NCBI GenBank assembly: GCA_052035985.1
Contig: JBPOHC010000034.1
Coordinates: 1,320-65,319, forward strand
Source: Myxococcota bacterium
GTDB lineage: Bacteria > Myxococcota_A > Polyangia > Polyangiales > Ga0077539
DNA: 64,000 bases
Reading direction: 5' to 3'
The notes beneath the pieces were generated by a model, which was given only the letters and a program-made list of their open reading frames with translations, ran no database searches and had not been told where the DNA came from. The stretch's first letter is position 1. Each line of letters begins with the position of its first letter. Made by a program: the position numbers and the translations under genes. Positions 54,699-64,000 of the stretch are shown here, piece after piece.

Positions 54699-55703
54699 TC
54701 AGGCGGGCATGACGAGAGGCACGAACCGCGGGGGTCCGAAGGCGTCACGGCCGGCCTGAGAGACGCGCTCGATCATCTCCCACGCGTCATCGGCGGGAGC
54801 GTCGGGCGAGAGGTTCGCGTAGTCGCTCACGAGCCTCGCGAGGGGCTCTGGAACGGAGCTCGGGACCGTCCCCTTCGCGGGGTCTCCGCCGAGCACGTAG
54901 GCCACCGAGCGCGCGGCCATGATGAGGTCCGTGGCGTGCGTCGCGACGCGCTGATCCCACGCGGGCGCGGGATAGAACCTCTGCGCCGACGCGCTCACCG
55001 CGGGGAGCTTCCCGCTGCGCACGACCGACGACCAGCCCGCGAGCACGACGCCGTGGTCCTTCGCGTGGAGGATGAGATGCGAAGGGATCACCGCGCCGTG
55101 GGTGTAGCCCGCGCGATGGACCCACCCGAGGAGTTCCAGCAGTCGCTTCCAGATCCACACGGAGGCGCGCGGGTCGACGCCGTTCGGGTACGCGCGGCGT
55201 ACGTCTTCGAGCGTGTGCACGAAGCCGCTGCGCCAGCGGAAGACCGACGCGGTCCGCGGTGCGAAGCCCACCCCCGTGACGCGCCCGTGCGTGACGGGCT
55301 GCGGCAGGAGCCTCTGGAAGTAGTCGGCCCCCTGCGCGTCGGAGGCGTGGAGCGCCTGGAGGTTGTGCCACTCGCGCTCGAGGAGGTCTGCGTCGGAGAT
55401 CGCGCGGAGGACCTTCAAGATCACCAGCTCGGTGAGCCGTCGATCGCGCCGCGCGAGGAAGACGTCACAGCCGTCGCCCTCCGCGATGCGACCCATGAGG
55501 GCGTAGGTGTACCCCTCGACGTGGACCCTCGGGAGGCCGTCGTCGGGACCGGCTTCGGGTCCCGTCCAACGCAGCGCCCCCGCGCCGGGGACGTTGGTGA
55601 GCACGTGGTTGCAGTACGCGCAGACGACCTCGCCGCGCGCCTCAGGGGGCAGCGGCGCCGCGCAGTTGGGGCACCGAAGAACCTCGATCGCCATTGAGCT
55701 CAC
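54699..55703 (-). CDS. Zinc-ribbon + protein-kinase-fold protein lacking catalytic residues (pseudokinase)
   Basis: N-terminal LRCPNCAAPL..VCAYCNHVL (CxxC..CxxC). The kinase-like N-lobe has GRIAEGDGCDVFLA and VILKVL. The catalytic-loop position reads YTHGAVIPSHLIL (no HRD Asp or Asn), and the DFG position reads VLAGWS. A GGGGAG SD sits 10 nt upstream. Confidence 0.65.
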   Translation of the reverse strand: MSSMAIEVLRCPNCAAPLPPEARGEVVCAYCNHVLTNVPGAGALRWTGPEAGPDDGLPRVHVEGYTYALMGRIAEGDGCDVFLARRDRRLTELVILKVLRAISDADLLEREWHNLQALHASDAQGADYFQRLLPQPVTHGRVTGVGFAPRTASVFRWRSGFVHTLEDVRRAYPNGVDPRASVWIWKRLLELLGWVHRAGYTHGAVIPSHLILHAKDHGVVLAGWSSVVRSGKLPAVSASAQRFYPAPAWDQRVATHATDLIMAARSVAYVLGGDPAKGTVPSSVPEPLARLVSDYANLSPDAPADDAWEMIERVSQAGRDAFGPPRFVPLVMPA

Positions 55704-55749
55704 ACTCCCCGCATGACGCGGTTGTTATGTGGATCTCTCGCGCGTGAAA

Positions 55750-56523
55750 TCAACCCGCGGCGTCGGCCTCTACGGCGTCGGTCTCGGGGCGCGTCCACTC
55801 GTCGAGGAACCGCGGGAGCATCTCGCGCCAGGTGATCCAGTCGTGGTGCCACTCGGGGCCCCAGTTGTCGACGAAGTTGGGAATCCCCTTGCGGCCCAGG
55901 GTGTTCGCGAGGTTCCAGCTCTCGGAGATGTCCTCCCAGCGGCCCTCGCCCGAGGCGATGAGAATCTGCCGCGTGCGCAACAGGTCGAGGTGCATCCCCG
56001 CGAGCGTGGGCACGAAGTGGATGGGCGACGAGACCCACATCTCGGGCGTCGGCTCCGTCGCGCCGATGAAGCGCAGGAGGTTGAAGGTCCCGCTCATCGC
56101 GATGGCCTTGTGAAACAGATCGGGGAAGCGGCACACCATCGCCGCCGCGTGGAACGCCCCGATGGAGGCCCCCGCGGCCCACAGCCCGACGCCCTCGTCG
56201 CCGCAGTCTTTACGGATCGCGGGCACCACCTCGTGCTTCACGTACTGGTGGTACTGGTTCATCATCCACATGCGGTGCTGGGGCGAGACTCCCTTCTCGA
56301 ACATGGTTCGACCCGCCACGCTGTCGCACGAGTAGATCTTCACGCGACCCGCCGAGAGCAGCGGCTCGAGCACCTTCATCATCTGAAAGCGCTCGATCTC
56401 CTCGGCGTCTCCGCCCGCCGTCGGAAAGACCAGAACGGGCTGACCGAAGTGACCCCAGCGGGCCAGCGTCGACTCACAGCCCAACCGCTCGGAGTGCCAC
56501 CGCGTCTTCGCAAACGTGCTCAT
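55750..56523 (-). CDS. Esterase-family alpha/beta hydrolase (PF00756-like 'putative esterase')
   Basis: ..GQPVLVFPTAGGD.., the nucleophile elbow AAGASIGAFHA (GxSxG), and a size and pattern resembling esterase D/Ag85-type proteins. Confidence 0.65.
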   Translation of the reverse strand: MSTFAKTRWHSERLGCESTLARWGHFGQPVLVFPTAGGDAEEIERFQMMKVLEPLLSAGRVKIYSCDSVAGRTMFEKGVSPQHRMWMMNQYHQYVKHEVVPAIRKDCGDEGVGLWAAGASIGAFHAAAMVCRFPDLFHKAIAMSGTFNLLRFIGATEPTPEMWVSSPIHFVPTLAGMHLDLLRTRQILIASGEGRWEDISESWNLANTLGRKGIPNFVDNWGPEWHHDWITWREMLPRFLDEWTRPETDAVEADAAG

Positions 56524-56629
56524 CGAGCGCGGATCATCGCACGAAGGTCGCTCCCGGCCGCAACGGTTTCGCGCGTCTTAGAACGACGCACCGCGGCGTC
56601 GCTCTGGGGTTCAATTCGCGCTCGGATGT

Positions 56630-59548
<2,919 letters not shown>

Positions 59549-59597
59549 TCTCCCGCTGCATCCCTCCCGCTGAACGTGGGGTAGTCTCGCGCCCCGC

Positions 59598-60380
59598 GTG
59601 ATCCCCTACTTCGACATCTCGACCTTTCGCGTCGCCGGACTCTCGTTCCACACCTTCGGCCTGCTCGTCGCGATCGGCACGCTCGCCGGTCACGCGATGA
59701 TGAACCGCCGCGCGAAGGAGGTCGGCCTCGGCCCCCCCTCGCAGATCGACCTCTTCACCCTCTGCTGCATGAGCGGCGGCTTCTTCTTCGGCCACGTCTT
59801 CGACGCGCTCGCGTATCACCCCGAGCTCGTCGCGCAGAACCCGTGGGAGCTCGTGATGATCCACCACGGGCTGTCGTCGTTCGGCGGCGTCGCGGGGGCC
59901 TTCATCTGCGGGCTCACGTTCCTCTTCGTGAAGAAGCTCGATCGCTGGCGGTACACCGACCTCTGCACGTACTCGTTCCCCTTCGGGTGGATCTTCGGCC
60001 GGGCGGGCTGCGCCATCGCGCACGACCACAAGGGGCGCCTCACGGACTCGTGGATGGCCGTGCGCTTCCCCGAGGGGGCGCGCTTCGACCTCGGGCTCAT
60101 CGAGTGGTGCTTCACGCCCTTCCTCTGCCTGCTCGTCGTGTGGGTCGGTCACCGCACGCGCCGCCCCGGCGCCGTCTCGGGCGTGCTCGCGGTGACCTAC
60201 GCGCTCGTGCGCTTCCCCCTGGATTTTCTGCGCGCCACGGACCTCGGCGCCGAGGGAGACGTGCGCCGCCTCGGCCTCACGCCGGGCCAGTGGGCGTGCT
60301 TCGCGACCTTCGCCTTCGGCGTGTGGGCGCTCAACCACGCGCGCACCCACGCGGCGCCCGACGCGCCACTCCGCGCTTGA
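59598..60380 (+). CDS. lgt: Prolipoprotein diacylglyceryl transferase family protein
   Basis: (M)IPYFDISTFRVAGLSFHTFGLLVAIGTLAGH.., ..GLSSFGGVAGA.. and ..FGRAGCAIAHDHKG.. The protein is polytopic and about 260 aa. Confidence 0.6.
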   Translation: MIPYFDISTFRVAGLSFHTFGLLVAIGTLAGHAMMNRRAKEVGLGPPSQIDLFTLCCMSGGFFFGHVFDALAYHPELVAQNPWELVMIHHGLSSFGGVAGAFICGLTFLFVKKLDRWRYTDLCTYSFPFGWIFGRAGCAIAHDHKGRLTDSWMAVRFPEGARFDLGLIEWCFTPFLCLLVVWVGHRTRRPGAVSGVLAVTYALVRFPLDFLRATDLGAEGDVRRLGLTPGQWACFATFAFGVWALNHARTHAAPDAPLRA

Positions 60381-60413
60381 TTTGTCGCGCGTGATGCCGC
60401 GACCATCGCCGCG

Positions 60414-61091
60414 ATGTCCGCGAACGGAGACCGCGAGCGCGAGGCCCTGATCCAGTCAGGGATCCGTTACGCGCGTCACCTCGCGACGAAGCTCTCGCGC
60501 GAGCTCCCGAGCGTGGTCTCGCTCGACGACCTCGTGGCCGCGGCGAACCTCGGCCTCGTCGACGCCGCGAACCGCTACGACCCGTCGCGCGGCGCGCAGT
60601 TCACGACCTTCGCGCACTACCGCATCCGCGGCGCCATCCTCGACCACGTGCGCGACGCCACCGCGGGCAACGCGCACTACCGCGCTCGGGTCTCCGTCGA
60701 GTCGGCCATCGACGACCTCGTCGAAGAGCGCCTCGGGCCCGCTGTCACCGCCGTCACGCGCACCGAGGCGGCCCTCGCGCTCGACGCGCTCCTCGGCGAG
60801 ATGGCGACGGTCTACACGCTCGCCGAGATCGCCGAGGAGACCGCGCAGGAGGCCCCCGTCGACCCCGAGTCGAGCGCCCTCGCGATCGACCGTCGCAAGC
60901 GCCTCGAGAACGCGCTCGACGCGATCCCCGAGCGCGAGGCGAGGCTCCTCCGCGGGGTGTATTTCGAGCACCTCACGGCGGAGCAGGCGGGCGCCGCGAT
61001 GGGGCTCAGCAAGAGCTGGTCGAGCCGACTCCACGCGAAGGCCGTCGCGTCGCTGCGGGAGCGCCTCGCAGGCTACGAAGAGCTCCTCTGA
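60414..61091 (+). CDS. Sigma-70 family RNA polymerase sigma factor (FliA/WhiG-like group 3)
   Basis: Region 2 is LGLVDAANRYDPSRGAQFTTFAHYRIRGAILD. Region 4 has the HTH ..LTAEQAGAAMGLSKSWSSRLHAKAVASLR. Confidence 0.8.
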   Translation: MSANGDREREALIQSGIRYARHLATKLSRELPSVVSLDDLVAAANLGLVDAANRYDPSRGAQFTTFAHYRIRGAILDHVRDATAGNAHYRARVSVESAIDDLVEERLGPAVTAVTRTEAALALDALLGEMATVYTLAEIAEETAQEAPVDPESSALAIDRRKRLENALDAIPEREARLLRGVYFEHLTAEQAGAAMGLSKSWSSRLHAKAVASLRERLAGYEELL

Positions 61092-62345
61092 TCAGCTCGT
61101 CGGCGCGGTGCGGCGACGTCGAACACGCGACGCGAAGAGCGCGAGCGCGACGAGCGAGAGCCCCGATGCGCGCGCTCCGTGAGGCGCCGTCGAGCAACCC
61201 GGAGAGGCCGTGATGATGACCTCGGGGGGCGCGTCGTCGGCGTCGACACCTGCATCATCAAGCGGAGGCTCCGCGTCGTCCGAGGGCGCCGTCACGTCGA
61301 CCGCGCTCACGTCGGGACGCACGCTCGCTTCGCCCGTCCAGATGACGTCGGAGGGCCGCGCGACGTCGGTCACCGCGCGCGCGTCGGAGGGCTGCGTCAC
61401 GTCGGCCGCCACGCGCGCATCGACGATGGAGCCCGCGTCGACCGTGGACCCCGCGTCGCGCGCGACGCCCGCGTCTGGGAGCGCTGCGCCGGCGAGGCTG
61501 CAACGCCCGCCGTTGGTCGCGGTGACGGCGTAGCTCCACGACGCGGTCTGGGCGGCGTAGGTCGACGCGCAGAGCACGGCGACGCCTGTCGTTGAAGCCG
61601 TGCAGGTGCACTCGGAGCCGACGTCGCACGCGTCGTCGTTGGAGCACGCGCACGCGCCCGTCACGACGAGGAAGGTGTCTCCCGTCGAGCGTCCGCAGGT
61701 CGAGATGGTGTAGGTGCGTCCGGCCTCGACGTTGAAGCGGTACTGCGCGAGGCAACGCGCGCCGCTGCCGCCGTTGGTGCCGCTGCCCGCGAGGCCCGAC
61801 ACGCACGCGGCGGGAGGCGGCGTCGAGGGCGTTGTTCCGGTGATGGCGGAGCTGTCGACGACGGCGCCGAAGACGTTGGTCCAGTAGTAGCGATAGGTCG
61901 ACGAGGCGACGTAGGCGCGGCCGATGCCCATCGCGCGAAAGCTCGCGTCGAGCATGTTGCGGTTGTGCCCCGCGGAGGTGCGCCACTGTTCGAAGGTCGC
62001 GCGCGCGTCGCCGTTGCCCGCGGCGATGTTCTCCCCGCGTCCGCCCGAGTAGCCCGCGCGCGCCATGCGGTCGAAGGGCGAGAGTCCGTCGGGGTTGGTG
62101 TGGTCGAAGAAGCGCCGCGTCCCCATGTCGAGCGAGTGGTCGTACGCGACCTGATTGAGCAGGCGCGTGGCGACGAGGGGGCCGACGCCCATGCTCGCGC
62201 GGTAGTTGTTGATGAGCGTGACGAAGGCGGCCTCCTCGGTGTCGAGGTCGCGCAGCTCAGAGACGGCGCGTCCCTTGGGCGCGTCGCCGTACACGCAGGC
62301 GGAGACGACGATCGGAGCGAGAAGCAGGGCCCGTGACGCTCTCAT
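61092..62345 (-). CDS. CAP/SCP (PR-1-like) domain lipoprotein with a PPC-like domain and a MYXO-CTERM-type tail
   Basis: MRASRALLLAPIVVSAC (lipobox). The CAP motifs are NNYRASMGVGPL, FFDHTNPDG, GENIAAG and WRTSAGHNRNML. A Cys-rich PPC-like middle domain and a D/A/V repeat linker follow. The C-terminus ..SPGCSTAPHGARASGLSLVALALFASRVRRRR has GC + hydrophobic + Arg-cluster elements. Confidence 0.75.
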   Translation of the reverse strand: MRASRALLLAPIVVSACVYGDAPKGRAVSELRDLDTEEAAFVTLINNYRASMGVGPLVATRLLNQVAYDHSLDMGTRRFFDHTNPDGLSPFDRMARAGYSGGRGENIAAGNGDARATFEQWRTSAGHNRNMLDASFRAMGIGRAYVASSTYRYYWTNVFGAVVDSSAITGTTPSTPPPAACVSGLAGSGTNGGSGARCLAQYRFNVEAGRTYTISTCGRSTGDTFLVVTGACACSNDDACDVGSECTCTASTTGVAVLCASTYAAQTASWSYAVTATNGGRCSLAGAALPDAGVARDAGSTVDAGSIVDARVAADVTQPSDARAVTDVARPSDVIWTGEASVRPDVSAVDVTAPSDDAEPPLDDAGVDADDAPPEVIITASPGCSTAPHGARASGLSLVALALFASRVRRRRTAPTS

Positions 62346-62501
62346 GGCCGACGATGCTCCCGCCGCGGAGACGCGCGCGTCAACCGTTCGAAAGGGCTAT
62401 TTCCGCTGGTCACGGGAGTGTTCACGCGATGCGTGTGCGCGACGAGGGTGAGCCCGCAGACCTCTCCGCGTGGCTCGCCGACCCCGACGCGTAGCGCTCG
62501 C

Positions 62502-62720
62502 TCAGTGCGCGTGCTGCGCGGTGACGGGCTGGTCGCTTCGCGGCATCGGCGGCGGCGCAGGCGGACGTCGCGTCGCCAGCGCGACGACCATCACGCTCAC
62601 CGTGATGAAGATGCTCAGGCCGAGCGCGGCCGCGAGCACGTACTTGCCTGGGACCATGTTGCGAGGGGGCGGCATCGAGGGGTGACGCGGACCATAGAGA
62701 CTCCGCGCCGAGAAGGCCAT
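62502..62720 (-). CDS. Small single-TM protein (72 aa), translationally coupled to the upstream lipoprotein gene
   Basis: The ATG overlaps the upstream stop (ATGA at 62718-62722). It has the TM span YVLAAALGLSIFITVSVMVVALA flanked by Pro-rich segments. Confidence 0.45.
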   Translation of the reverse strand: MAFSARSLYGPRHPSMPPPRNMVPGKYVLAAALGLSIFITVSVMVVALATRRPPAPPPMPRSDQPVTAQHAH

Positions 62721-63361
62721 CAGGCTCCGTCGGGCACCGCCGCATCGACCGCCGCATCGACCGCCGCGTCGGACCCCATCGGCCCCCCGTCGGGGTAGCA
62801 GCGCCGGAGGAACTGCGTGCAGCAGCGCAGCCTCGCCTCGCGGTCGATCTCGAGCGCGAGCGGGTCGATGCCCGCCACGCGCACGCGCCGCTCGACGTGG
62901 AAGCAGTGCCCCGCGCCGTCGGTGAAATCGAGCGTGATGCGCACGTCGCCAGGGAGCACCGAGCAGTACTGGTCGTCGTCGAAGATCAGCGTCTGCGCGG
63001 GCAGGCCCCAGAGGCCCGGCTCGCCCGCGGCGATCATCCGGAGGCGCACGCGCAGCGAGCCGATCAGCAGGTTGTCGCTCGCCCGATAGGCGTGAAGCTC
63101 CACGCGCGGGAGCGTCGGGTCGATCCCCCGTGCGCGCAGGCCGATCCAGACGTGCTGGCCGCCCTGCGGACCGGGGACGAGGTAGACGTCGTCGCCGTCG
63201 GAGAGCGGGCGAAAGGTGCCGAGCGTGCTGTCGGTGCCCGTTCCGATGGTGAGGGTGGCGCCGCCTGGGACGCAGGCGTCGGTGACGGGGGTCTGCGTCT
63301 CGGGGCAGGCCGAGAGCGCACCGAGACAGACGATCGCGAGGAGGCGGTTGCCGACGTTCAT
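62720..63361 (-). CDS. Hypothetical lipoprotein
   Basis: ATG 63361 gives MNVGNRLLAIVCLGALSAC (lipobox). The C-terminus carries a DAAVDAAVDAAV repeat. I recognise no family. Confidence 0.6.
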   Translation of the reverse strand: MNVGNRLLAIVCLGALSACPETQTPVTDACVPGGATLTIGTGTDSTLGTFRPLSDGDDVYLVPGPQGGQHVWIGLRARGIDPTLPRVELHAYRASDNLLIGSLRVRLRMIAAGEPGLWGLPAQTLIFDDDQYCSVLPGDVRITLDFTDGAGHCFHVERRVRVAGIDPLALEIDREARLRCCTQFLRRCYPDGGPMGSDAAVDAAVDAAVPDGA

Positions 63362-63470
63362 GGGCGCCTCGGTTGTACCCCCAATGCGCGCGTTGAAGAA
63401 CCGCCGCGGCGCTCCCTCTCGCTGCCACTCCCGCGGGGGCGGCGGTTCGTGGTACTCCACCGCTCCCTCT

Positions 63471-64000
63471 ATGAGCATCGTCAGCATTTCGTCACTGGGC
63501 GAGCACGTCGGCGAGACCGTCACCCTCCGCGGATGGCTCTACAACAAGCGATCGAGCAAGAAGCTCGTGTTCCTCGAGGTGCGCGATGGGACGGGCATCG
63601 TGCAGGCCATCGTGTCGCGCGCCGACCTCGGCGACGACGTCTACGACCTCGCCGATCGCATGCAGCAGGAGACCTCCCTCACCGTCACCGGCGAGGTGAA
63701 GGCCCACCCCAAGCAGCAGGGCGTCTACGAGCTCGCCGCCACCGCGCTCACCGTGATCTCCGCCGTCGTGGGCGAGTACCCCATCACGCCCAAGGAGCAC
63801 GGCGTCGAGTTCCTCATGGACCACAGGCACCTGTGGTTCCGGTCGAAGCGCCAGTCGGCGATTCTTCGCGTGCGCCACACGATCATCAAGGCCGTGCGCG
63901 ACTACTTCGACTCGCACGACTTCACCCTCGTCGACGCGCCGATCTTCACCCCCAACGCCTGCGAGGGGACCAGCACCCTCTTCGAAACCGACTACCACGG
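63471..64000 (+). CDS. asnS: Asparaginyl-tRNA synthetase (3'-truncated by the window edge)
   Basis: ATG 63471 gives MSIVSISSLGEHVGETVTLRGWLYNKRSSKKLVFLEVRDGTGIVQAIV (OB anticodon-binding domain). It continues ..EYPITPKEHGVEFLMDHRHLWFRS..FTLVDAPIFTPNACEGTSTLFETDYH, an AsnRS-type class II motif 1 region. The frame is open to the window end, and the ORF is absent from the track because it has no stop. Confidence 0.8.
   Translation, partial: MSIVSISSLGEHVGETVTLRGWLYNKRSSKKLVFLEVRDGTGIVQAIVSRADLGDDVYDLADRMQQETSLTVTGEVKAHPKQQGVYELAATALTVISAVVGEYPITPKEHGVEFLMDHRHLWFRSKRQSAILRVRHTIIKAVRDYFDSHDFTLVDAPIFTPNACEGTSTLFETDYH

Overview
This is a very GC-rich chromosomal segment, with third codon positions almost all G/C. 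It looks myxobacterial (Myxococcota): it has a MYXO-CTERM-type sorting tail, CGxCG cysteine-rich-repeat lipoproteins, several Ser/Thr kinases, a PilZ protein and many lipobox proteins.

I call about 50 densely packed protein-coding genes on both strands. I see no rRNA, tRNA, CRISPR array, transposase or integrase. The many long 'shadow' ORFs in the track are GC artefacts.

Housekeeping anchors:
- serA
- rpmG-rpmB
- rsmA/ksgA
- epmB
- kup
- lgt
- a large NAD-glutamate dehydrogenase
- asnS (3'-truncated by the window edge)

Accessory content:
- three cysteine-rich-repeat surface proteins, one of which ends in a fibrinogen-like domain
- a split giant HgdC-like activase plus dehydratase-like pair
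- a DUF4350-like/MoxR/DUF58/vWA cluster
- MlaF-MlaD without a local MlaE
- a two-gene, three-module family of unknown secreted proteins

The best candidate for an undescribed system is a tight four-gene minus-strand operon at 52354-56523. It encodes an esterase-fold hydrolase, a zinc-ribbon pseudokinase, a vWA/MIDAS protein and a PurA-family GTP-dependent ligase. The ligase keeps its catalytic and GTP-binding motifs, but its L-aspartate-binding loop is replaced.

All family assignments come from motif recognition by eye. No database searches or computations were run. Start codons are often ambiguous.
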